A stretch of 64,000 nucleotides of DNA, from assembly GCF_963921235.1 (NCBI RefSeq), contig NC_086108.1, positions 102,178,001 through 102,242,000 of the forward strand, written 5' to 3'. Source of the DNA: Mobula hypostoma (lineage: Eukaryota). The notes under the pieces were generated by a model. That model did no database searches and was not told the DNA's origin. It saw only the letters and a list, made by a program, of their open reading frames with translations. This document shows, piece by piece, positions 1 through 11,329 of this stretch. The translations under genes were made by a program, and so were the position numbers. Position 1 is the stretch's first letter; every line of letters begins with the position of its first letter.

Positions 1-199
1 TACAACTCTGAAATTCATTTCTATGAATGAAAATTGAAGGGTCAAATGTAAATTTTAAATCTGAGATTGATAATTTTTGTCATATAACACAGCTATATGA
101 CAACATGTCACAGACAGCCATGACTTCACAGATTAAATTTGATCACGATTCAAGACTAAATGACTAACTTTTGTTCCTAAAATAAAACAAAATGCTGAA

Positions 200-700
200 G
201 AAAGCATGCCAATGATTATACTTCGTTAGAAGTTCAGGAGATTTGGTATGTCTCAAAAGAACAAAAAAGATTTCTACTGATATATCATGACAAACGTTTG
301 ATGGGTTTCACCACAGACTGGAATAGAGGCACCAATGCACAGGATCAGAAAGAGCTGCAGGGAGTTATAAACTCAACCAGCTCCATCATGGGCACTAACC
401 CTCAGCTTAAAAGACATCTTCAAAAAGTGATAACTCAAGAACGCAGCATCCGTCATTAAGGACCCATACAGGACATGCCCTCGTCTCATTACTACCATCA
501 GAGAGGTGTAGGGGAGCCTGAACACACACTCAGTGTTTGAGGAACAGTTTCTTCCCCGCTGTTATCAGATTATTTTTTATGGCCCATGAATCAATTGTTA
601 TTTCTCTTTTACATTACTTTTTTATTTACTGTAACAGGCTTTTTTGACTTGCCGCAAAACAAAAAATGTCATGACGTATGTAATAATAAATCTGATTCCA
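200..700 (+). mobile_element. Degenerate 3' end of a Rex1/Babar- or L2-like LINE
   Basis: Decayed 'LYFIRSLRRFGMS...FY' C-terminal coding remnant and an aataaatctgattc-type tail. Similar to fragments at 26830-27360 and 37715-38225. Confidence 0.55.
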
Positions 701-825
701 ATGGTATTATACATTAAGATTTATGCCACAGAACATACAAGCATTAAGTCCCAGTGTGGATAACAGAATAGATGTTGAAAATAATAAAATGATGGAACCA
801 GCTGTGCTATTGCTTCAGCTTTTAC

Positions 826-966
826 CTTCTCATAGGATTGTGTAGTTGGTCTTTGATAATGTGGTTCTGATATCCAAGTGATGGGCAATAAAATTTTCAC
901 ATCTCGAAAATAAGCTCGCTGTTTAGTGGCAGCATACAGGAAAGATGAGGCTGAAGTTATCATCTC
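826..966 (-). CDS. CLCA: CLCA-family gene, coding exon 2 (EMITSASSFLYAATKQRAYFRDVKILLPITWISEPHYQRPTTQSYEK)
   Basis: Translation matches the CLCA N-terminal domain (MIT.AS..L..AT..R.YF..VKILLP.TW). Acceptor tttcctttAG at 968-967 and donor GTaaaa at 825-824. 141 nt, phase 0, in frame with exon 1. The gene continues beyond the left edge of the window. Confidence 0.92.
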
Positions 967-1103
967 CTAAAGGAAACATAATTTTAGCAATATTTTAGAA
1001 CATTTGGACAGAAAGGCTGCATATATCAGGATGCTCAGAATTCAACACCATCATCCCCCTCAAAACTAAACAATAATCTCCAAGACCTTGTCCTGAATAC
1101 CAT

Positions 1104-4100
1104 CTTTTTATCCCCCTGCTGGGGTATCGCCTGTCCATCACTTCAAACAGTTCAGGGTTCAAAGGGGGAGCCGCTCCAAACAGCTCTCTCTCTCCTCCGT
1201 CCCTTCATTACACATCTCCAGATCGCCTGTCCATCACTTCAAACAGTTCAGGGTTCAAAGGGGGAGCCGCTCTTGACAATACCCAGACTGATGGCTCCTT
1301 CATTAACACCTCCAAATGCTGCTTCATTGTGTGCCTTATCTCTCCCTCCCCTGAGGACAGGTGGCAGACCAACTGCTGATGCCACTGGTGCTATCCCAGG
1401 CCAGCAAACATCTTAATTTATGTGTATTCTCGTCACACTTCCCCCCTTTAAGGATTTTTACCGGGGTAAAAATTACAAACATGAGTACATTATTTGATAC
1501 ACACAAATATACATCTTTATCAGCTATTTGGCTAATACAGAGAATTTGAAGTTGTCAGCACCTTGACAGACAGTCAGTAATCACATCTTCCGTCCCTTTT
1601 ATATGTGTTATTAATAATCCCTTAGACCAGGCTCCAACTCAGCAAACTTCATACTGGCCAAAAACACTGATGAATTGCGATCAATGTAACCTCTCATTTG
1701 GTTTTGTCCCGGACCACAATAACAAGGGTCGTCCCATTCCAACTTAGTTTTCTCTCGCAAAGGCTTAGTAGGAGGGGGAGAGGTAGTGACCGCAGAGTTA
1801 TTGCAAAACTTCCTACGGTACCCCACCTTCTCCCAGAGCCTTCTGAGGGCCCTCTTGTCTGTCGGGGTTGGGAGGTCAGCGATAGCCTGCACTGTAGCTT
1901 ACATCGCTGCCAGCTGCCCCTGTGTCACCACAATTCCCAGGTAAGTGACCCTCGTGTGGCCGTATTCATTTTTTTCAAGGTTCGCTATCAAGTTGGCTTC
2001 AGACAGCCGTATTAAATTGCCAATACACACCTCTGTGTTCGTCAGCCCTTTAGTCACTGAATTACTCATTATATATGAGTGTTGTTTGCTAGGCTCACCT
2101 ATTATAACGGACATCACCCAACGTCCCAGTTCTTTGCATCGCCTCAGGACAATCAAAAACACGGGTGCGAGTCGTCTAATTACTTCTGCTAAAGAGTCGC
2201 TTTTTTCGGGGATTAAGGGAGAGACCTTATCAGGAGACCTGGCCAAAACAATAGCCTTCTCCCATCTGATCAATCCCATACTAATCTTTTCAAAATGGTT
2301 TTTTTCTCTTATCAGGGGGCCCCTAGCTTCATTGATTTCCACGCTAACCCCGACTAGGTTTGTTAGCATAGGTTTGTTAGCCTGTGACCGTCTCAGTTCA
2401 TGTCGGACATAATCAATAACATCCTCCCCCCGGGCAGCCGGTAAACCTCTTTCATGATTCCACCAACTGTTTCCTCCAGCACCGCAAATGTCCACTGGGG
2501 GGTACCTTGTGGGCCAGGTTAAAAATCTCATCCTCATAACTCTTTTGCACCACCCCCCATTCCTCACCTGCGGGTACTGTACTTGATTTCCCTTTCTTCC
2601 TTAGCACTTCCTCCTCCGCACAATAGCCTACTAGTTCCCTTTTTAAGACTGTGTCAGAGAGAGCTGTCTCTGCCAAAACCATCAGCCCCTCATCTCGCTC
2701 CCACGTCTGCACAAATTCTTTCCTGGCTACTGCTACGTCTGTCCCAGCTCCCTCACTACCTCTTGTCTCACTACACTGCTTCTTTTCATTTTCTACCCCC
2801 GTCTCGTACAAGGTTGGCAGAAACGTTTCAGCTAAATTTACCACCGCAGCTAAATTCACTACCGCAGCCCCATGATGAACCTGTGAGTCCATGGGCGGGG
2901 CCTCACTGCTGGCAGGCTGACTTGTCAATCTCACGACTGGGAACACGATTCCCCCGGCGATGTCATTACCGAGCAAGACTTCCACGCCTTTCATCGGTAA
3001 TTCGGACCTCAACTCAATCGTGACTAGTCCAGAGACCAGGTTGCTTTGTAAGTATATCTGGTGCAAAGGGACTGACTCTGTCCCTTCCCCAACACCTCTG
3101 ACCTTTACCTCCCCAGTCTGGGTCTCTGAGCTAAACTCTAATACACTCTTCAGTATTAGTGACTGACACGCTCCCGTGTCTCTCCAGATCCGCACTGGAA
3201 CTGGTTTTAACCCCTCCTTCACTGACACCAATCCGGCTGAGATAAACCTCTCGCGCCCTTCCTGCACTTTGGCAGACCTGTCCTTCCCTAGCGGTTCGCT
3301 TAACAGCTCGATACAGCCATTCAAAATCGCTGTCTTCCCTTTTCCCGTCTCCTTTTTTGGGGCAGAGCACCTGGACGCAAAGTGTCCGACTTTCCCGCAA
3401 TTATAACAGACGACCCCAGGAGACTTCCTGCCAGACTGCTCCCGGTCTACCTTATCCTTCCCACTAGACCCTGGCTTACTTACTGACTTTTCCGGCGGAC
3501 TCTCCCCGCCGTCCTGACTACCCTTCTGGTAGCCTTTACTCGGGGCAAACTTCATTTTATGCGTCAACGCATACTCATCCGCTAACAGCAGTTGCGGCTA
3601 ACGTGGCTGCCTCCTTCTCATCGAGGTAGGGTCTCATACCCTCAGGGACACAACCTTTAAACTGCTCAATCAGGATCAGCTGTAGCAGTCTGTCATAATC
3701 CCCCTCTACCCGCTTCGAGGCGCACCAACGCTCACAATATGTCTGCATCTCACGGGCAAACTCTAAATACGTGAGGTCCCACTGCTTCCTCGCATTCCGG
3801 AACCTCTGCTGGTATGCCTCCGGGACCAACTCATAGATCCTGAGGATGGCCTCTTTCACCACCTCATACCTCTGGGCATCTTCCGCGGACAAAGTGGAGT
3901 AAGCTTCTTGGGCTTTCCCTTTCAGTACACTCTGAAGTAAAACAACCCACTTACCCCTCCTCCAGTCCTGACATAGCCACTTTTTCGAAATGGAGAAAGT
4001 ACCGATCCACATCGGTATCGTCAAATGGGGGAACCAGCCTAACCTCCTGGATCGCCCGGAACCCTCCACCTTGGTTCGGCACGAGCCCCTGCTCGGCCCT

Positions 4101-5600
4101 TATCTTTAACTTCTCCAACTCGAATTCCCTTTCCCTCTGTTTCTCCAACTGCTGAAACTCTCTCTCTCTCTCTTTCTCTTCTCTTTCCAACTGTCTCTCT
4201 CTTCTCTCTCCAGCTGTCTCTCTCTCTCTTGCCTTTCTACCTCTCTCTCCTTCTCTTCTCGCTCCAACTGTCGTACCCGGAACTCGTGCTCGAGTCTCAG
4301 TTTTTCAAGCTGCACCTGTACCGCGTCTCCAGCAGGTTTTTCAATAGACACCACCCCCAGCTCGCCTTGGGGAAACACACTTTTAGATACATAGTGCTCT
4401 ACCATAGCTCTGTGTATCTCCTCCCTCCTCATTGTCGACTTCCCCTTAGCAAGATTCAACCGTTTGGCCACAGCTACCAATTCCAATTTCCTGGCATCCT
4501 CTAATGCCTCCAAGGTCGGCGCCTTTATAAATTCCTCAGCCTCCATTTCTGCTGTTTGTCTTTTCTTTCTTTCGGGAATTTTAACACAATCAATTTACTC
4601 CGTCCCAAATTTAGCGTTCAAAATCGCGGACGAGAACCCCACTTATGTTACGTACCCTGTAACTGGGTTGCCAAACCAGCAGAAATGGATCACTCAGTTG
4701 GAGTCTGGATTACTAGAACTAAGAAAGTTTTATTAAAGAAACAAGCAACACAGTAATCGAAAGGATAATAAATGCAACAGTTCAGCAATGATAAACACAC
4801 ATGTACACAGAATTAAGATAACAGCATCAATCAAGCTCTATCGTTGTCTAGGGGTAAATGACCAATTCCAAAGTGACACAAAGTTCAGTCCAATTTAGTT
4901 CAGTTCGCAGTAATCGTTGCCATGGCGATGGACAACGTGGGGGGAGGGAGAGAGAGAACGAGAACGACTGATCATTCAGAACAGCTTCCACTCACAGACC
5001 GGCGATATTGCTCACAAGCAGCTTTCGGGCGGGTCCTTTGTGATGACACCTGAGGTCACCGACTGTGACCCCTCCTCCAGATGCGGTCGATCCTCTGCAG
5101 TGAACCCGGCACCCAAGCGAGGGTGAAAACACACCAGGTTCCCGCTGATCGTACCTTTCCACCCTGTGCGTTTATGGCCCAGTTCTTCCCACCGGCTTGT
5201 GAGAGGCGCATCGCTTCCAGGGTCTCGTTACCTCGGGTGTCATGTGTGTCCTGCCTTAGCGAACATGTCCCTTTTTATCCCCCTGCTGGGGTATCGCCTG
5301 TCCATCACTTCAAACAGTTCAGGGTTCAAAGGGGGAGCCGCTCTAGACAGCTCTCTCTCCCGTCCCTTCATTACACATCTCCAGATCGCCTGTCCATCAC
5401 TTCAAACAGTTCAGGGTTCAAAGGGGGAGCCGCTCTTGACAATACCCAGACTGATGGCTCCTTCATTAACACCTCCAAATGCTGCTTCATTGTGTGCCTT
5501 ATCTCTCCCTCCCCTGAGGACAGGTGGCAGACCAACTGCTGATGCCACTGGTGCTATCCCAGGCCAGCAAACATCTTAATTTATGTGTATTCTCGTCACA
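1104..5600 (-). mobile_element. Gmr1-like Gypsy LTR retrotransposon, internally deleted, copy 1 (in CLCA intron 1)
   Basis: 5' LTR 4646-5600 (TG...CA). PBS TGGGGTTCTCGTCCGCGAT resembling the tRNA-Pro PBS at about 4642-4624. PPT AAAGGGGGGAAG at 1449-1438. 3' LTR truncated to 1104-1437. Frameshifted gag (SCAN-like, CYNCGKVGHFASRC knuckle), protease DTG and pol remnants. Confidence 0.92.
1611..4546 (-). pseudogene. Frameshifted gag-protease-truncated pol of LTR element copy 1
   Basis: ORF pieces 4106-4546, 3951-4190, 3575-4069, 2452-3567, 1899-2567 and 1611-1892 align collinearly with the copy 2 ORFs. Confidence 0.85.
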
Positions 5601-6020
5601 ATACAAATATAAAAGTACTGAGACTGTCCAATATGGGTGCAATACTGCTGTAATGTGAGGTTCAGCAGGGTCACAGCCTCAGGGAAGAAGTCCCTGAGCC
5701 TGCTGGTGCGGGAGCGGAGGCTCCTGTAGCGCCTACCGAATGGGAGGAGAGAAAAAGGTCCATGGTTAGGGTGAGATGCATCCTTGATAATGCTTTTCGC
5801 CCTGCCCAGGCAGCGTTTATGGTAGATATTCTCAATGGTGGGCAATTGGGTGCCGATAATCGCTGGGCAGTTTTCACCGCCCACTGGAGTGCTTTGCGGT
5901 CCGATACGGGACAATTGCCATACCACACTGAGATGCTGTTGGTGAGTATGCTTTCAATGGTACAGCGGTAAAAGTTCATCAGTATCCTGGGACAGAGGTG
6001 AGCTTTCTTGATGCTCTGCA
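5601..6020 (-). mobile_element. Rex1/Babar-like LINE 3' fragment
   Basis: Peptides NFYRCTIESILTNSISVWYG and IIKDASHPNH...GRRYRSLRSRTSRLRDFFPEAV, typical of the Rex1-group C-terminus. Confidence 0.75.
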
Positions 6021-6387
6021 GGATTTACACCCAGCCAGTTCTGACAGGTAGGCAGGCTGTTCACATACTCAATACTAGACTCCCGACAAAGACTCTCTCT
6101 TCCAAGTTTTATTACAAGAAGAGATTTCCAAATGGAAGGAAAAGATGTACTGATGATTTCAAAGCCAAAAGTTTGAAGTTAATAACTCATAACCTTCTAC
6201 CTGAGGCCACAAACTTATCAATCACCCCTGATGAGTTATTAAGTTCAAACTTTCTGCATAATCACTCAAAGAGTTGAGCTGAACGTGCATGTAACGAGAG
6301 CTGTATAACTCATTTCTTTCTACCTTAGACCACGAACTTATCAATCACCCCTCATAGTAAAATAGCAATGCTGTAACAACACCTTTA

Positions 6388-6686
6388 AGATGGCCAAGTG
6401 GTTAAGGCATTGGACTAGCGACCTGAAGGTCGTGAGTTCGAGCCCCAGCCGAGGGAACGTGTTGTGTCCTTGAGCAAGGCACTTAATCACACATTGCTCT
6501 GCGACGACACTGGTGCCAAGCTGTATGGGTCCTAATGCCCCTCCCTTGGACAACATCGGTGTCGTGGAGAGGGGAGACTTGCAGCATGGGCAACCGCTGG
6601 TCTTCCATACAACCTTGCCCAGGCCTGACTGTGAAGACTTTCCAGGCGCAGATCACAAGACTAACGGATGCCTTTACTTTACTTTA
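6388..6686 (+). mobile_element. tRNA-derived SINE with CORE-like body
   Basis: A box TGGCCAAGTGG, B box GAGTTCGAGCC, CORE-like gtgtccttgagcaaggcacttaa, (CTTTA)-type tail. Confidence 0.75.
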
Positions 6687-6948
6687 AAGCAATTTCTAAA
6701 TCTACAAATCTTTGGCAGCAAGATGCTCTTACACATCCTGAGTTTGCAAAATGCACCATATGGTGCAACTTTCTTTACATTATCAGCTGTAGTGTTATTG
6801 AATGGTATATATTCAAGAGATACAATTCCCAAATCATTTGAACAAAATAAATTATGGAGTAGTTAAACGGGCTGGTCTTCCCCAAATTGCAATAGCATTT
6901 AGACAAATAATAAAACAATATTGACTGATTAGAGCAAGAAATTTATAC

Positions 6949-7110
6949 CTGAATTTTTGTAATGAGCTTTGGATCTTCTGGAATCTCAGGGTTAATAGCT
7001 ATGACAACATTATCATAACCATTGTTCATTAGCTTCACCTCAGAACATCTTACCACGCAGGCAGAGATAAGGCATTCCAAAGACAGGAGGATTATTTTTC
7101 TGAATTTCAT
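6949..7110 (-). CDS. CLCA: CLCA-family gene, coding exon 1 (signal peptide + VKLMNNGYDNVVIAINPEIPEDPKLITKIQ)
   Basis: ATG at 7110, hydrophobic leader, CLCA motif L.NNGY..VVIAINP..PED..LI..I. 162 nt, ends CAG/GTataa. The paralogue (CLCA1/2/4-like) cannot be assigned from two exons. Confidence 0.93.
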
Positions 7111-7139
7111 GATTAGAGTCTTCACACCCTCTGCATCTA

Positions 7140-7245
7140 AACGATCACACTATTGAAATCAGTCTAATTTATACTGAACCATATCAACATATATCAGAAC
7201 ATCAGCTATAAACTTTATTTCAGGGTGCGCAATAAGGAAATCACC
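7140..7245 (-). promoter_or_regulatory. Putative CLCA core promoter with TATA box
   Basis: TATAAAT on the minus strand at 7173-7167, about 60 nt upstream of the ATG. Nearby C/EBP-like (gtgcgcaata), ETS-like (aggaaa) and CDX-like (ctataaa) motifs are pattern matches only. Confidence 0.55.
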
Positions 7246-8179
7246 TTCAGTATTCAAATGCTCATGTGTTACTTATTTTTACAGCTGTAATGATGATTTA
7301 ATGACAGAATATCTTTCAAAATATGGAGAGAAGGAACACAAGAATTTTTTCATATTATGTACAAACAATATGTCAGATATGATCACAGACAAGATCGGTC
7401 AAATGTTTCAAGCATCAGTTCTTCCGTGATGCTGCCTCAGTAAAGCAGCCAACATAATCAAAGATCCCAGACATTTTCTCTTCTCCCCTCTCCCATTAGA
7501 GATATAAATGCCTGAAAGCACGTACTGCCAAGCTCAAGGATACTTTCTGTCCTGCTCTTATCAGAATCCTAAGCAAATCTCTTGTATAATGAGAGGGACT
7601 CTTGACCTCACAATCTACCTCATCACGATCTTGAACTTTATTGTTTAACCCCTGCAGTTTCTCTGCAGCTTTTACACATTATTCTGCAATGTTTCACCTT
7701 GTTCTACTTCAGTGCACTGTGTAATGATTTGATCTGTTTGGGCAGTATGCAAGACAAGTTTTTCACTGTATACTGCTGCATGTGACAATGATAAATCAAT
7801 TCTAATATCAATAATATTAGCTTATTTTTTCTAGTCAGTACAGTAGTATAGATGCTGTTAAACATACTGATAAAGCATGGAAAAAGACCCTTTCTATTGA
7901 TTGATGTTTGACTGATTCTACGCCAAACATTAAGCATCCATTTTTGCACTCTCCCACTCCGATCCATTTGATTCTCTCCACTTTCCTATTGACCTTTCAC
8001 ACATTCGGAAAATCAATGTTGTGCGGCTAGAAATGGGCTAGCCCAAAGTGGAGCAATATTGTTCACATTTATTAGGACAAGGTCTTTTAGGAAGCAGCTT
8101 CTTTTCCCCAGACAGTGAGACTACTGAATGCTTTGCCACCACCCAGGTCTCATCACTTCTGAAGCACCAGTATTTACTT

Positions 8180-8450
8180 ATTTAGAGATAAAGCACGGAA
8201 TAGGACCTTCAAGCAGCACTCCCAAGCAACTACTGACATCCCCAATTTAACCCTAACCAGATCACGGGATGATTTACAATCACCAACTAACCAACCCAGA
8301 ATGTATTTGAACTGTGGGAAGAAACCAGAGGACCCAGAGAAAACCCACATATTCCATAGAGAGGATGTACAGACTCCAATCCGACAGATGGAATCGATCT
8401 CTGATGCCCTGAGCTGTGAAAAACCGTCACGTAACCACGGTGTCATACTT
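8180..8450 (-). mobile_element. V-SINE/HE1-like remnant (paralogue at about 28915-29180)
   Basis: Minus strand carries V-domain-like gtgggttttctctgggtcctctggtttcttcccacag. Confidence 0.6.
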
Positions 8451-8740
8451 TTTACTTCTGTCAAACTTCTGGAATATTTTATTACTTGTTAGTTCATTTG
8501 TGGGAATATTACTTTATGTATTGTGTGCGAGTTACGTGTACTGTGCTGTGCATCTTGGTCTGGAGGAACGTTGCTTCATTTGGCAGTATTATTGACTGAA
8601 AGTCAATAAACTTGAACTTGAACTTTGTGCGAATACTAGCAACTGACTTTCCAACAGGGTTTTATTGCGTGCTTGCACCAGCAGAATATGCTCCCAATGA
8701 ATTGTGCAACATGAAAAATTCCATTCCACAAGCTTCAGGG

Positions 8741-9510
8741 ATAGTCATAGTCATACTTTATTGATCCCAGGGGAAATTGGTTTTCTTTACAGTTGCACCA
8801 TAAATAATTAAATAGTAATAAAACCATAAATAGTTAAATAGTAACATGTAAATTATGCCAGGACCAGCCTATTGGCTCAGGGTGTCTGACCCTCCAAGGG
8901 AGGAGTTGTAAAGTTTGATGGCCACAGGCAGGAATGACTTCCTATGACGCTCTGTGTTGCATCTCGATGGAATGAGTCTCTGGCTGAATGTACTCCTGTG
9001 CCCAACCAGTACATTACATAGTGGATGGGAGACATTGTCCAAGATGGGATGCAACTTGGACAGCATCCTCTTTTCAGACACCACCGTCAGAGAGTCCAGT
9101 TCCATCCCCACAACATCACTGGCCTTACGAATGAGTTTGTTGATTCTGTTGGTGTCTGCTACCCTCAGCCTGCTGCCCCAGCACACAACAGCAAACATGA
9201 TCTCACTGGCCACCACAGACTCGTGGAACATCCTCAGCATCATCCGGCAGATGTTAAAGGACCTCAGTCTCCTCAGGAAATAGAGACGGCTCTGACCCTT
9301 CTTGTAGACAGCCTCAGTGTTCTTTGACCAGTCCAGTTTATTGTCAATTCGTATCCCCAGGTATTTGTAATCCTCCACCATGCCAACACTAACCCCCTGG
9401 ATGGAAACAGGGGTCACCGGTACCTTAGCTCTCCTCAGGTCTACCACCAGTTCCTTAGTCTTTTTCACATTAAGCTGCAGATAATTCTGCTCACACCATG
9501 TGACAAAGTT
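8741..9510 (-). mobile_element. 5'-truncated Rex1/Babar-like LINE
   Basis: ORF 8869-9558 (WCEQNYLQLNVKKTKELVVD...YKYLG...RLYFLRRLRSF), (GACTAT)n tail at about 8741-8756. Absent at the paralogous site near 34405. Confidence 0.85.
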
Positions 9511-9839
9511 TAATAACTTTTGTGATAACTTTTGCTGATGGGGTAGGATGAAGATCATATAAATAGTTTAGAAGAAAATAAATAATTAACAAAAGCTGTA
9601 GTCTAAAATAAAGAATAATTCATTACGTAGAACTGAGGCTGAATCCTTTCCCTTTAATGACACTATACCTCAAACCACTGCTGAACCTAGATGAACCCAA
9701 ACCATGAAGGAAGTACAAATTACACAAAATGGCATATCACAGTTCAATGAGCCATTTACTGCAATCAAAGGAATTATGACCCTTGCACAAAGTATCACTC
9801 CAAATGAGGAAAAGTTCACTATTTCATAGACTATGTGAA

Positions 9840-10770
9840 AACAGGAAATCATGGACTGGTTAGCCTCACATCAGTGATAGGAATGCTACTGGAGCGGTTT
9901 CACTGAGATGAAATTTACTTGCATTAGGAAAATCATAGACTGATTGAGGACAATCAACATGGGCTTGTGCAGGGCAGGTCACATGGTACAAGCTTGATAG
10001 GGTTTTTATTTTGCAGAGGTGACAAAAGTAATTGATGAGAGTATCAATTAATGTGGTCTACATGGATTTTAGAAAGGAACTTGCCAAAGTCCTTTGCAGT
10101 CGGCAATCCAGAAGATTATGATGCATGAGATCTATAGTAATTTGGTAGTTGGTAATTGGCTTGTCCATAGAATCAGATTTATTATCACTATCTTATATAA
10201 CATGAAATTTGTTGTTTTCTAGCAGTAGCTCAATGTAAAAACATAAAATTTACTATAAATTATAACATAAATATATTGCAATGTAAAATAAAGAGGTTAG
10301 TGGTGGAGGTGTACTGTTCTGGCAGGAAGTCCATGACCTGGGGTGTTCCTCAGGGAATTAGTGATGGACCTTCTGTTGTTTGTGATATAAATGTCTTGGA
10401 TGAAAATGTAAATGGGTGGCTTAACAATTTTTCAATAACATGAAGACTGGTGGAAGTGTGAATAAGGTAGAGGATGCAGTAGAAAATAGATCAGTTACAG
10501 ATAGAGAAGGGGAAGTGGCAGATTGAATTTAATCCAAGCGTGTGTGAGATGTTGCACTTTGAGAAATCGAATATGCAGTTAATAGCAGGGCCCTCTGCAG
10601 CATTGATCTTGGGGTCTAGGTTCAATTCTCACTGAAAGTGGCCCCGCAAGTAGGTAGAGTGATAAAGAAGGCATATGGCATGTTTTGCCTTCACTGGTTG
10701 GGATATTGAGTATAAGAGTAAAGAAGTGATGTTGCAGCTATTTATATTTTCGTTAGGTCACATTTGAGGA
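9840..10770 (+). mobile_element. Old degenerate CR1 RT fragment (paralogue about 34740-35680)
   Basis: Decayed VSLTSVIGKLLE, QHG, KWQMEFNP motifs with many stops. Confidence 0.7.
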
Positions 10771-11329
10771 TTGGTTCAATGGTTCCATTTAATTTTAGAG
10801 AATGTATACAAATACAACGTGAAATTCTCACTCTCCACAAACATCCTGGAAACAGAGGTAAAACCCAAAATAATGAATGACAGCAAAAAACATAAGAACC
10901 CCAAAATCTCCCTGCCCTGCTTGCATGCACAAGCAGCATCAATCATACCCCTTCCCACACTTATTTTGGCATAAAGCATCAACATTCCAAACACCCACCT
11001 TGCCAGCAACAGCAAAGTCCCCAAAGAGAGATTATGGTCTACAGTACATCAAAAACTAACCATTCACTCCAACATTTCAACATCCCTCAGGCTCTGTCTC
11101 TCACTAATAAGGGAGAGGCAGATATCACTTCCACAACAAGAAGGGAGACAGACTGTGACCATATCGATGTTATAGTCACAGTCTGAAGTGCTGCTTCTTA
11201 CTTTGAGTTCCCTGACTCAAGAATTGTCAGCAAACTCTTCCTCACCATCGAGAGGGGAGAGAGGGGAGAGAGGGGAGAGAGGGGAGAGCGTAATCGATCA
11301 CTGAGCGCCAAGGCCTCCAACAGCCTCTC

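Noticed and set aside
721..825. ORF extension VKAEAIAQLVP... after CLCA exon 2
   Set aside because: CLCA similarity stops at SYEK, where a GT donor occurs; the extension is intronic read-through.
1097..1100. ATAC as left TSD of LTR copy 1
   Set aside because: It matches the right flank ATAC, but the LTR start is missing and the two flanks belong to different LINE fragments; probably coincidental.
6391..6452. tRNA gene
   Set aside because: The A/B boxes continue into a SINE body and tail, and no convincing acceptor stem is seen.
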